Below, in pieces: positions 36,834 through 50,589 of a DNA stretch of 64,000 bases. Each line of letters starts with the position of its first letter. Within the stretch, counting starts at the first letter, position 1. The notes beneath the pieces were generated by a model. The model had not been told where the DNA came from and did no database searches. It worked only from the letters and a program-made list of their open reading frames with translations. Where the stretch lies: contig NC_042998.1 of assembly GCF_006345805.1 (NCBI RefSeq), positions 40,672,001-40,736,000 on the forward strand. Direction: 5' to 3'. The position numbers were made by a program, and so were the translations under genes. The stretch is from Octopus sinensis. Its lineage: Eukaryota.

Positions 36834-39635
36834 ATGTATATATATTATAGTAGCATTGATATTTACATCTGTGTACCTGTATAATTGTGTGCATATTTTT
36901 TGTATATGTTTATCTATTTGCATGAAGAAATACGTCCTTGAAAGATAAAAAATAAACTGGTGTATTTCACACAGTGGTATGTCTATAATTGGTTAAAGAA
37001 TTATGTATTTTGATAAAAAAAAATTATATATATACATATTGTTTTCTAAACACAAAGGTGGTTTAAGAATAACAGAAGACAAATAACGCCAGATGAAGCA
37101 CACTATGATCTTAACTACTCCAAATGTTGATAATAAATCACTTATTGTGTTTTACAGAATGTACAGCATATTTTTCAACTGAGTACAATAGAAAGTCAGT
37201 TCAAGTAAGTTAACAGATGTTAACTTACACCAATCAGATGGAAATGTGTCTTTTTTGCCTACATAAAAAACAACTTTTACAGAGAAAGATGCTTTTTTGT
37301 TCTTTGTCAGGTGTCCAAGAAAAGTAATCTTTTCTGTTGATACAATGTAGGAGTGGATGTATCTTACTTATCAAATCATATGTATAACTATCCAATAGTA
37401 CTTGTATGTTTGTATACAACTACACTAAAACATGTCAATTGCATATACAATTACACCTCATTAAAGGCAAGCAAACAACTGCACAGTAATTTTTATATGT
37501 ATTCATATACTTTTAGGTAAGTGTATATGTGGATATGTATATTCATTGTACATTTATAACTACATACATCTTAGTCTGGATGAAAATGTTTTCACATTTA
37601 TACTGTATGTATAAATGTGAAAATTACATATATATAATCTCATCAGTTCATATTTATAAAAATGTACAAATAATTGTGTAGTTATATACACAAATATAAA
37701 TAAAAAAAAAAATAACATGTTTAAATTTGAATTGCACATATATATGTATACATCCTTAGATTCAGATGTTAAATTAGAAATATGTATGTATGTGTGTGAG
37801 TAGTGTAGTACATTGCTGCATTTATATATCAATCCAACATAATTATAAGTGTAGTAACAGCTTTGTTGCAAATCAATGATGTTAAGTTAATTACCTAATG
37901 ACACACTCTGACATTTCCAGTCAGTCTCCTAAACTTTATACCACCAGTTTACCAGCAATTATATTTTTAACTGGTTGATTTCTACACTAATTCTGTCTCT
38001 GAATTGATTATATAAACTAGAATTGCTATTTATGTTATCAACTCCAAGGTCTGACATTAAGATGACTGAAACTCAAACCTATAAGTTGTAGAGTTAAATA
38101 TTTGTTAATTAACCTATCCTTAGCAATACAAGAACAATATAAGTACATGAAATTTATAATGAATTGAAGTTGAAGAGATGTTGGATGTGTTGATAAGGAA
38201 AGATTTGAGATGAAAAATTGTAAAAAAAAAAAAAAAAAAAATTTTTGTCATAGTTAGGATTTCAATTGGTGATATAATTGCAATTTGTAAGTTTCTTCTG
38301 AAACCATTGAAGCCATATGTATGCCTTGCCAAGCATACTTTCATTTGACTTGTACTTCTGGAAGATGCAAAAGTAGATGGCCATATTGTTTAGTGTTTTC
38401 AGCAGAAAGTAACAACGTTTCTGTCTGTTAGTGAGCCATAAACACAAAATCATATGGTTGCCTGCTTTTGTGTCTACCGGGAGTATAGTCAAATAAAATC
38501 ATGTTTACTAAAGCATACACACAGGCTCAAAGGGTAAAGAAATAACAGTAAATATGAGTATTAAGTGCTATACTATCAAAATAACATTAGAAAACATTCT
38601 ATTTTACTTTAGGCTAATATTTTGGTTGCACAAGGCCATTCTAATTATTCTGAACTTTCTGTGATTTAATGTTGCTGCCACTATTTATTTCTTATTATTT
38701 TCTTTTATTTATATATAAGGAGACAAAAAACAACAGAATAATCAATTCTTGATTTCAAGAACATTCATTTATGTTCATCAAGGCTGTTTTCTATTATGGC
38801 TACTTTTATATCCTCTGGTTATATAATGAGTAATCCAAAATATATATACTTGATGAATTTAATAGAGCATTTTGTATTTTCTGGAAAAGTATCAGCTGAA
38901 CAAGGTAATGTAATGATCTTTTTTCTTATCACTTGAGTAAAAAACTGTATAATATTGAACACTGAATGCAATCATTTTAAAATAGATATTTGAACAACCA
39001 ACATATAAAAAAGCATATCTTAAAATAAAAGTTAAAGTTATGACAAACTGAGGTATTGAAACAGTTTTAATTCCTACTCAAATCAATTATCTCACTAATA
39101 CCCTTCAGGAAACCTAAACATAATATTTTCCATGCTTCATTGCTTTAATATAAGGCCTTTCCGCCTTGCAAAAAAGAAATTGATATTTAATGAGTCAGTA
39201 AGTGCTGCAGAGAAAGAGGAAATCAAATGAATGGATCTGTGGATAGAAATTTAAATTTTAAACGAAATTTAGCTAGGCTTTTTCAATTACTTTCATTCAT
39301 TTTCTGTTGAAATGCGTAAATAACACAGCAGGTATGGGTATATGTTACAGAAATTTGGTTCACAACTACATGGTTTCAGGTTCAGTTACACCATGTGACA
39401 CCTTTGGCACGAGTCTTCAACCATAGCTCCAGATCAATTGATGCCATATGAAAGAATTTTATTTACAGAGACTGTGCAGAAGCCTTTTATATATATAAGC
39501 TAAGGTTAGATGGGGTGTGAAGTTGGGGTATTTACAGAGAAGCACTCGCCCCAAATACTTGGCTATCAACATTGTCGGGCTCCAAGCCAAAGCTGGAATT
39601 CTTCAGGTGTAGAAAGAAAATCCAGGGTTTTGTGT

Positions 39636-39678
<43 letters not shown>

Positions 39679-40479
39679 TATATATAATAATATTAGGGAG
39701 TATAGCTCCAAACTTACAGGGAAAAATTCGATTTAGTATTAAATCAAATTAATATAATACATATATATAATTTTTTTTCCAAAAAGCATAAAAAGAATGA
39801 TAAATATATCATTCTTTTTATTTATGTATTGGTTTATGTCTATCACTGTTTGAGTTGCATAATAGTGGTTTTATCTCTAATTCATATTTTATATATATAT
39901 ATATATTAGAGAGAAAGAGGGAGAGGGAGGGAGAGAGAGAAAGAGAGAGAGAGAGATTTAGGTATGTGAGTGTATGCATCTTTGTCTCTGACCACTTGAC
40001 AACTAGTGTTAGAGTGTGTCACTGTAACTTAGTGGTTTAGCAAAAGATGGGAGATAAAATAAGCACCAGACAAAACATTGGGGTCAATATAATCATCTAA
40101 AACTCTTGAAGGTAATGCATTCTATCATGATTGCAACTCAATGAGTGTAACCAGTAAAAAAAATAATAACTTCACTTCTTGGTTGAGGGCAGCATAAAAG
40201 TTCCATTATATACCAGGCATTAAAAATGTATACATGCACAAGATTGTAAGAAGCAAACAAAGAAACTTGTTTCATAAAAATTTTATTCTTAAGAACCTAT
40301 TTCTGAAATATTCATGTAATATCAGGTAACATCAGTAGCTCTTTGTTATGTTACGAACTGGAAGAAGAAAGAAGGTAATAACTAAATAATTTTTACTAAA
40401 TAACTGTCTTCAATTTCTTTGAAAAGTCATATCTATGTAACACATAACGACTATTACATTGCAACTATTAAGTCATAAA

Positions 40480-41480
40480 TATACAGGGTCTTGAAAAAGG
40501 ACTTTTAATGCAATGTGGCAATGAGACAACACAACATACTCATGGTTGCAGTGCTCTGGATAGGTAATCTTGACCTTCAGTCTAATAATAACTACATCAA
40601 GCCACCTCACTTAGTCTTTAATCTATATGTGTTTGAGTTCTTGAGTGAATGTATATTTAGTGTGCTTGGCAATATGTTGGAAGCTGGACAATGAAGGGTT
40701 TGGGAAGAGCAACATGTTTGTGTGAAAAATTTTAACAGCGAATTTTCAAATGCCGCAACAGGATTATGGGAAGGATTGGTTGAACCATATATGATGTTAT
40801 GAGTGGTGTCAGTGCGTCCAAACCTGAACAGTCTTCCACAACAATGAATAATAATTACAGTGTGAAAGGGTATGCTGTAGTGTATAAAAATCCCCACCTG
40901 TGAAGTTTTTAAAAAAAACCAAGCACCTGTAGAAGTTTGTGCCACATGATTTTAAAAGAAAACTTCAAGATGCATTATGTTGCTGCAAAATTTGTGCCAC
41001 ATCTGCTGAAAGTGGAACAAAAAAAAAGAATTAAGTCAGTCACTCTGAAAGTACTTGATCATGTCAATGCTGATAAATTCTGGAGCATAGACAAATAAAC
41101 ATTGGATACTGTACCACGACAATATATCTGTTTATATATCTCTCCTTATTCATGACATGACTTTTTGGCAAAGCACAAGACAACACTCATCCTCTGTTTG
41201 CTCTATTTTCTGGATTTGGCCCTATAGACTTTATCTTTATTTTCAGATTTTAAATATTCCCTGAAAAGTCACATTTTTGGAGATGATAAAAGTTGAAAAA
41301 ATTGCTATGAGAATAGTACACTACTGAAAACACATTCAAAGATATGTTCCAACAAAAAATGAAAGCAGTGTATCAACTGTCGTGGGAACTATTTTGAAGA
41401 AGTTGAACTTTGTTGAATTGTAAGGAAAGCAATACATTTTTTTTTTAAAAGTCCATCTTCTTTTTGAACAGACCTTGTGT
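40480..41480 (+). mobile_element. Highly decayed mariner element
   Basis: The ends are tacagggtcttgaaaaag and ctttttgaacagaccttgtg. The internal sequence has a vAAKFVPHLL motif and a YSPDLAP-like ctattttctggatttggcc. Confidence 0.65.
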
Positions 41481-42172
41481 ATTAAAATGTTATCTTTTCA
41501 GCGAAAAGTGAAAAAATACCATGTTTTGTAAACAAACCTAGACACTATATACTCTACTACACTAGTTATTGGTGAGTAGATCTAGCTCAAACAGCTGTTT
41601 AGACATTCTGCACTTAACCAGTCTGTAAACAACGATTAGTTGTTAATATTCTAAGCTTCTTGGTAATAAGGCTGATATTCCTTACTTCACTGTTTCCAAG
41701 CTTGAATGAAGAAATGTTTTCTTACATAGGAAACGCTTCATTATGCTTGTATGTATTGTGAAATATTATATCGATATAGTTGAAACACATTCTTGTTCTG
41801 AAAGGAGTTGGTACTATCAAGATGGCACTAAATATGAGGAATGTGCCCAATAAACATCCTAATTATCTAGTTATTAACTTCAAACCATTTAATTTCATTC
41901 TGTATCTTATATCACATCTTTTTATAGAGACCACAGCTGTTGTTTATCTCAAGTTTCTTTAAATAGCATGCATTATTATATTGTGTTATTCAGAGCATGG
42001 ATATGATTTAATAGCTTTGATCTGATTGTAAACTATTCCATGCCGCTGTGAGAATTATCTCATTCCAGTTATTTTGACTAATTGCCGTTTAAGATGCTAG
42101 AAAATGTAGCAGAAATTATTCTAGGATTAATGGTAATGCATAAAATAATTATGTATGTTTCAACGGTTGTAT

Positions 42173-42244
42173 AACTACCCCGCTTGACTTAGGAAGCAAT
42201 TTAGTTCCAACTACCCAGCTTGACTTAGGAAGCAATTTAGTTTC
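42173..42244. repeat. 36-bp tandem duplication
   Basis: aactaccc(c/a)gcttgacttaggaagcaatttagtt occurs twice. Confidence 0.9.
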
Positions 42245-44368
42245 ACTTTATTTTGCACTGATGTTATTGTGGAAAACTCACAGAAGGTTATGCTTTACTT
42301 GGCCTTAAAGATTTTTTCTTAGTTTTTGGTTTGGTAGTGAGATCAACAAAGCTAATATTTCTCATGAAAAGCAGTATTTCAAAAGCTGCAAAGGAAACAT
42401 GTGCAGAAAAGGTATTCCAGAGAGCTGATATCCTGGATAGGAAGGACTAGATGTAGGAGCTAGTACAAGGCCAGGTGGGGAGACACAATATGGGTAACAA
42501 GAGGAAGAGTGATGAACATGGTGACAGTGCCTGACTTTAGAACACATAAGAACAGCCAATTTCAAGATGCAGAGGCTTCTGTATTGGTGGTAGAAAAGGT
42601 ATGTCTGTGGACCAAAGTTTGGAGCATACAGGTGATCGACTTCATGCCAATCAGTTGGGTAGATATTTTTTTGGATGTGGCATAAAATGTCTGTGTCATT
42701 GTATCATCACTCCAGATGTAAGAGTAGAACTACAGTGTGGATTTTGCCTCTGCATTATAGAAGGTTAGTAGCTTTTGGTTGGGATGAAGTATTTTTTTAC
42801 CATGAAGAGAAAAGCTAGTTTTTGTAATGCAATATTTGCTATGTTAAGAATGTGCATTTGCCAGGAAAGATCTTCAGAGATGGTGGGGTGTAACAATTGT
42901 AGTAAAATTGAAGACTCTACTTGCATGTTGCTTCTGTTTTTAGTGTAATGTACAATATACTTTCTTGATATGTGTAGTTATGTCTTTATGTTGTCAGAAA
43001 CAACATTACAGATTTCTATTCATAGAGTTAAGAACAGATTTGATATAGGTATCTAGACTGCATTGAGATGATGCTTGGCTGTAGGAGATTGAGATATGAA
43101 GTATAGATATTTCTGTTGCTGGAGTTAAAAGAAAATAAGTTGCTGACATAAAGGAGGAAGAATATAGGGAAAATCAAAACTTAAAACACCTCAGAGTTGA
43201 TAGAATGTGACTCAAAAAGAATTTCATCAGTACATATGGTGATAGCATGATTTGACAGGAAGCCACTAATCCAAGAGAAATGGAGGCCATAAACAAGTAG
43301 TTTAATGATATCAATAAATTCGGATTTCATGCATCTTGTAAAGTAACACAAAACTGTTTATATAACTCACTAAATTAAATTAGATATACAATATAATTTA
43401 TTTTAAAATCAATAAGGAAATAATGGCCTCTTTAGAATGATCTTAGATCTATCTAATATTCTTAACCAGAAGCACAGTCATGATTTGTATAATGTGACCA
43501 GTGAAAAAGGTTATAAAGATAATCTTTCTCATTAGAAAGGTTGCAAAGATAATGCTATTTGTTATCAACCACGAAGATAACAGTTGTAATGATATTGTTC
43601 ATTAGAAAGGTCACATCTCTCTTGATTTTCATCCACGATGAAGTTTATAACCTTAAAAGATTTACTGTTCAGAAAGATCTTACGCTAATTAGAGGATTAT
43701 GAGTTTGGAAAATATTCTACAGTTCAGAGATAAATTTGAAAATATAATCCTATACATTGAGATAATTTGAAAATAAATTGATTCTAAAATGTTATCAACT
43801 CAATAAAAATCTACATGCCCTTTTACATTAATTTGCTTTCTTATTTGTAGTTTTCAAACCTGAATAAACATCATATTTATCATATTTTATTTTAATTAAG
43901 GCAAAATAAACTAGAAAGTGATATGTACTAGCTCAACATCATTGAACAATCTCTGGAATTCATAGGGATGTGTCTCTTCCATATTATTAAACATACAATT
44001 TAACCATTTTAAATTGTAGCACTCACTTTTCAACGGTTTTTTCTCATGAATTAATGAAAGGCAGGGTATCTTTTTTACCTGAAGTAATTGTAGAAATGTC
44101 TGATGAGAAACAAGATCCTGTTAATCAAATTTTGAAATCATGTGATAAGGTTCTATGAAACTGCTTCATTCTGCGAGTATATCTTGTCAATGAAAGAAGT
44201 TTTGGCTTGCTGCTCACTGTCCCAAATATTTCATGAGGTTAGTGCTTTTGTGTAGCTGTTCAAGTTAAATTTTAGCTACCATTTCTAGCAATTGTAGGTG
44301 CTATTTTGCATGCTCATTTATTAATATATATGTGTATGTATGTGTGTGTGTGTGTGTGTGTGTATGTA

Positions 44369-44416
<48 letters not shown>

Positions 44417-46311
44417 GAAATACACACACACACATTCATAACCTAAACGATATAGGGCTTTAGTAAATAATAACATCATGCAATCAAGATGTACCTGGCA
44501 ATCAAGATGTACCAAGATGTACCTGGCATAATTTTGTTTGCACTTTAATCAGCAGCTTTCTGCTACTATTTCACTGTAACTTGAGAAGGAATGGTGTATA
44601 AATCTCTGTAATGGTGGCAGAACTTGTCAGTATAAAATTTTCACTCTCTGCAGCTGAAAAGGTCTTTAGTTAGACCACAGAACCTAATTGCACAAAAGGA
44701 CAAAATACAAATTTCAATAACTTGCAAAGAGGACACGTTGAGTATGTAGTCTTGGATATATAAAAAAGCAGAATAATTAGAGCTGGAATGCTTTTTTATC
44801 ACGAGTTTATTTGGACAAGGCTGAACTGGAACTAAACAGCAACAACATTACAAAAGTTAATATATCCAGGATGTTAGATAAGAAAATATAGTTTAAGGAA
44901 ATACTGCACTTGTTAGAGAAAAAGGTGATTTTTATCTGTGAGAGAAAGAAATGAAATAATAATATGCCAGAAACGAAATTATAAATGTATTTTATTGGTA
45001 CATCAATGTGGTCAGTATTCTGTTTGAACATCTGTGCATAGATATGTACAGTGAAGATGTAGATAGAGCTGCTTTTCTCAAAAGTTATTGACAAAGCATT
45101 TAGCATGAGAAGCAAATGAATGATCAGAGAAGAATGGTTGAGAGGACGCTTAGTCTGTTCAAAGACAGGATTGTGATTCTCTCCATGTTGGTACCATGAT
45201 AAAATGCATCCTGCAGATGAATGCTTTGAGTGAGACATAGGCCCTCAACTTTTCTAGGAGGCAGTAATTACTCTGAATTAAAACTCACATCATGAAAATC
45301 TGTCCAACCTATTCCAGTATGAAAAACTGACATAAAAATAGTGGTGGCCATGGTGGTTGCAACAGCAGTGGTGGTGGCCATAGTTTTGGTGGCAATGGTA
45401 GTGTCATGGCAGCAAAAAAAAAAAAGAAATTATGAGTGGTGAGAATAAATAGTTTGTTGAGAAATTGCTATTAAATAATGAAAGAGAATACATAGAACAG
45501 AGATAGCTGAAACAAAATGTAGGATAATTTGATTAGACCTTAGAAAATTAAATTCCTAAATGAAATAGTACAGCAGCATATCAATAATGGAGCTTATACC
45601 ATTATGTAAATTGTCTAAACTACCCCAGCATAGGAAATTAGTGATAATCTGATAATGATGATACCAACGATAATGATAAGAATGAAAAACAATGATTAAA
45701 TAAAGCTGTGTCTGTAAACTAGTGAGTCCTTTTGTAATGGAGAGAAATAAAGTTTTAAGAGAACTTTAGGTTGACATCTACAATTTCAGTTTGTAATGGA
45801 ATCTGAAAAAGTTTGTGTACTTCACATAATATAAAAGCTCTAAAGCTATTTAACTATTTCATATATATATATATATACACATACATACATATCAAATCAA
45901 AATCACTGATGTGGCCATTGACAGTACCACCTGATTGGCACTCATGCCAGTGGAATGTTAAAAGCAGATCCAAGCGTGATCATTGCCAGGGCCACAGATT
46001 GGCTCCCGTGCCGGTGGCACATAGAAAGCACCATTTGAGCGTGATCGTTGCCAGTGCCGCTAGCACATAAAAAACACCTTTTGAGCATGGTCATTGCCAG
46101 AACCACCTGACTGGCCCTCATCCCGGTAGCTTGTAAAAGCACTCACTATACTCAGAGTGGTTGGCATTAGGAAGGGCATCCAGTTGTAGAAACCTTACTA
46201 GATCAGATTGAGCCTGGTGCAGCCTTCTGCCTCACCAGTCCTCCCTCAAACCATCCAACCCATGCCAGCATGAAAAGTGGACTATAAACAATGATGATGA
46301 TCATTATATAT

Positions 46312-46821
46312 ATATTATTTCTCCATACAGGGGTTTTTTTGTCAATGGCGGCCCATTTTCGCGGGGTTCCACTATTTCCCTTCTCTCTCTCCTTCTTTTA
46401 CGTTGTCTGCCATCCCCCCTCTTCCTTTGCTAAGAGCATTTTTAAGCCAGCCCGTCATATTCCCGTGTCAGGCCGAAGAACGAAATGTTCCCAAGATAAG
46501 AGAGTCTTTCTAATCTAATGTTGTGGTTGAGCTGTTTATTATTTATTATTATTACTATTATTATTAGTATTAGTATTGTCCCTTTGATCCTCGGTCGAAA
46601 ATTTGCTTATTATTATTATTATTATTATTATTATATTATTATTACTATTTTCAGCTTCGCCTCGTATTGCATATTATTTCTCCATACAGGGGTTTTTTTC
46701 AATGGCGGCCCATTTTCGCGGGGTTCCACTATTTCCCTTCTCTCTCTCCCTCTTTTACGTTGTCTCCATCCCCCCTCTTCCTTTGCTAAGAGCATTTTTA
46801 AGCCAGCCCGTCATATTCCCG
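46312..46821. repeat. CpG-rich ~150-bp direct repeat pair within (TAT)n
   Basis: Copies at 46312-46465 and 46671-46821 are nearly identical. Confidence 0.9.
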
Positions 46822-47074
46822 GTGCACCCGCCCTTGCCCACCCCCACCACCAATACCGGATATCTCTATATTTTTGCTCCATCTATACCGGATGTCGCTT
46901 CTCCCACCACCATTATAGGTGTCTACTCTTGGAACCCCCCTCTTCAATACGCTATTTCACCATGCATTACCCCTCTCTTGATATCCTACGTTCTACTTGC
47001 CTAGAACCTGTCATCATTTCTCTGAACCACCCCTCCCCACTGGTGCTCCCCTATATTTCTGCCCCCCCCCCCAC

Positions 47075-47320
47075 ATAAAAAGCACCATCCGAACGTGGCC
47101 AATGCCAGACCCCTCTGGCACCTGTGCAGGTGGCACGTAAAAAACACCCACTACACTCGCGGAGTGGTTGGCATTAGGAAGGGCATCCAGCTGTAGAAAC
47201 ACTGCCAGACTAGACTGGAGCCTGGGGCAGTCCCTAGCTCCCCAGACCCCGGTCGAAACCGTCCAACCCGTGCTAGCACGGAAAACGGACGTTAAACGAT
47301 GATGATGATGATGATGATGA
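47075..47320 (-). mobile_element. Young RTE-related 3'-end repeat with (ATC)n tail
   Basis: CpG-intact copy of the family at 16107: ggcacgtaaaa...ggcattaggaagggcatccagctgtagaaac...ggacgttaaacgatgatg. Confidence 0.85.
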
Positions 47321-47321
47321 T

Positions 47322-47322
47322 G

Positions 47323-47353
<31 letters not shown>

Positions 47354-47382
47354 TATATATATATATACATATATATACACAT

Positions 47383-47447
<65 letters not shown>

Positions 47448-47600
47448 CACTATATATATATATATATTATATATATATATACACACATATATACATATGT
47501 ATACATATATGTATACATATACATACATATATATATATATATATATACAATATATATCTATACATATACATATATATATATATATGTATATATATATATG
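47322..47600. repeat. (TA)n-rich microsatellite
   Basis: Seen directly. Confidence 0.97.
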
Positions 47601-49290
47601 ATAAACTTACTTGGAAATGGATGTGTGACGTTCAATCGTATAATAATATAAATAATATATATATGCATATATACATATATATATATATGTACATACACAT
47701 ATATGTCTATAAACATGCATATATGAGTACAGGATGTCATAAAACATAAGCAACATGAAATACGAAATATGAAAACATGAAATATGAAAACAAACTTTTG
47801 TATGTAAACAACGAAAGAAACAAGTGGAAAACAAGACAACTAACATAAAGAACGACCCTTCATCAGTTGTTGGCTGTTTATCTATTCCACATTTCAAGCA
47901 ATTCACGACAATATGTGCATTCGAGAAAACAGTTGTTCCTGCGAACCAGAATAAAATTTGGGATTTGCAGAGGGTCGAAGTTGGTAACAAAAATAGGACC
48001 GTGAAAACAAACAGTGAGGGCCACTAGGCCATACAAGGTAAGGTGGCAAACGCTGGAGGAACAATCTTTGATGGGAGAAAAGATAAGAGAGAATACAGAC
48101 AAGAATGCGTCTGGTCTGTGACAGCAGCCCTCAGTGTTTTTCACTGTCCTGTTTTATGTTTACGTTATGCAAGTGGATGCATATAAACATTACGGTAAAT
48201 CTGGCCTCTGTTTTCAGGGTGAAAGGATTGGTTAGATACCAATCCAGAATTCATAGAAACTTATAATGATCTGCATTGCCAAAAATATATAAAGTTCAGA
48301 AGATAATAATGTTTATTTATATGAGATGAATAGAATGTACTGCCTCCTTCATCCTTATAATGTTTCCTATATGTTATAGCTGTTCTGGAATGCCATCTCA
48401 GAATAAGGAAATGAGAGTTAAAAAAAGCCTCTGAAGGTGAGGGATAAATCTGGCAAGGAAAAGGACACACAAGCAATAAGCGTGCTGTGAATATCAAAGA
48501 AGTTAAAGAGGGACGTTTAAAAAGGGAAATTGAAGTTAAAAAGGAAAGGTGAACTGGAAAAGAGCCAGAATGTTAAGCAATATAATATCTATACATAACT
48601 CAAACAACCTTGAAAATATTTAGTTAAGGTGACAGGATAAACTATAATGGGAGGATATATGGAGACAGGAATATGGGGGCTATGTATTAAACAACCACAA
48701 ACAGACTTACAGGTGAAGGACAGATAAATGTGAGGAGGAAGAGGGTGGCAAAAAATTGGTGAAACATATCTGTAAATACAATAACAATGTAGTGAGACTT
48801 TGGCCAGATTCTAACATTGTATTTCCAGCTATGAGCCATAGCCTATTTATATAGCCATAAGAGGAATGGTAAATGTTTACCAGTCAATCAGCATTGCTGG
48901 TGTGTATCAGCTAATAGTAACAAACATCAAAGGAAGGTTATGTTAATTTCTTTCCAATTTGCAATTCAAAGGTTCTGTAAAATTTTACCGAGGGTTATAT
49001 AAACTAGCAGTTTGGATTCCAGAATCAACTCGATTTCCACACAGAACTTGGTCACTTCACTTTCCAACATGTGCTCTCACCCTTTTCTACTTACCCTTAT
49101 ATAAAACATGTTTGACAAAGATTAATTATCCAACTATCAATTTATCTGCTCTATGTTCTCTTATTTCTATAATAATAAAGCACACATGCAGCATAACAAA
49201 TTTAATGAGATCATTATCTACATTTTACATATTGTAAATTTTCAACTATTACCTACAGGCACATCGAAATGTTCTACAGTATTATATAAA

Positions 49291-50589
49291 TATAGGGTGT
49301 GGGGAATTAATTATCGTCAAAATTACGCAAAGATGAAAATAACACTGACATCCCATTTTAACAGATATATCTCCCAAATTACATTAAAATATCTTGAAAT
49401 ACTAAAGACTAAATTTATTCAATAAAATTGCCATTGGCTTCAACCGCAGTTTCCAGATGACTCTCCTGCAACTCTTCTGGATGGCCTCCTCATTTAAGTT
49501 GGTGAATGCTGCCATAATCCTTGCCTTCAGTTCATCTTTGGTGTTACAGGCAGCTTTGTTGGTCTCTTGCTCAAATGCACCCCACACATAAATAATCAAT
49601 GGGGTTGCATTGTGGGGAGTTAGGTGGCCAGATGTTGGGGGTGATGTGGCCACAGAAATTGCCTGACAGCCATGACTAGGTTCTCCTGCTTGTGTGGCAT
49701 GGTGCAGAGTCCTGTTGCCAGACATAGGGTCTTCCAGTAGTTACCCTCTTGACCCAATGCAGCACTACCTCCTCCAGGCACTTGATGTAGCACTCCATGT
49801 TGAATCTGAGGCTGCATGGGAAGATGAATGGAGGCATAACGTCTCCATCACTAGTGATCACCCCAAACACCATGATGTTGACTAGATATTTGATTTTTAT
49901 CACTCTTGGTACATGTTTTGGGGACATGGCAAGCCAACAGTTGCTGTGTGTTCCCCATTTGATCCTGGCAGAAAGTTTTCTCGTCTGAGAAAAACCAAAG
50001 CATGTGCAGTTGGAGGGGATGCTTGAGTTTGTTTAAAAGCTTCATAGTGTGGTCTTCCCTCTTGTTCTTGATGGTTTGGGATAAAAATTGGCCCTTTCTC
50101 ATTTTGTATGAGGAATACCAAATGTCTTCATGCACTACCTACCTGATAAGAAACTCAGACACTCCCATGTCCCTAACGATGAACCTGATTGACTTGGAAG
50201 GATTGTTGTCAATCATAGCCTTGATCTCAGCAACAAATCCAGGAGTTCATTTCTTATCAGAATGATCGGATTGAGTTTCCTGAGCTGCTGTACCTTTGTA
50301 ATCACCATTAGACTCATCCAACTCTTTCTGAATCCTCTGCACTGTCCTCAGATTGACACTCAAACACTCTGAAATATTTGTATTGGAGCTTCTAGCACAA
50401 ATCCCAAGCAGTACAGCATGTCATTTCCAAATTCTTGGCAGAGTGAATTTCATCATGGTGCTGTTTTTCTCACAGATGAGGCCCAACTGACTCTACTATA
50501 CTGTGTAGTTGACAAAATCAAAAACAAACAATGTTCATGCTTGAAATTAAAAATATAAAATGGTAACAATTTACTTAGTGCACCCTGTA
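49291..50589 (-). mobile_element. Near full-length maT-like (DD37D-type) Tc1/mariner transposon, inactive
   Basis: The ends are tatagggtg... and ...gcaccctgta. Fragmented ORFs read HEDIWYSSYKMRKGQ, WFFSDEKTFCQDQ, WQQDSAPCHTSRRT and TKDELKARIMAAFTNLN. Confidence 0.9.

Noticed and set aside
43490-43810. Short internal repeats (aaaggtt..aaagataat, cattagaaagg) with Cys/His-containing translations
   Set aside because: Stops occur in all frames; it looks like a decayed interspersed repeat, not a zinc-finger exon.
44807-45238. 143-aa minus-strand ORF; on the + strand, RRMVERTLSLFKDR faintly recalls a Harbinger-type motif
   Set aside because: No recognisable domain, the composition follows AT bias, there are no convincing paired splice sites, and the motif similarity is too weak.
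47840-47880. CTGATGAAG on the minus strand within a Penelope-like remnant
   Set aside because: No helix II plus GAAA follows, so a hammerhead cannot be supported.
48380-48436. Strong acceptor and donor pair on the + strand
   Set aside because: All three frames contain stops, and such pairs are expected by chance.
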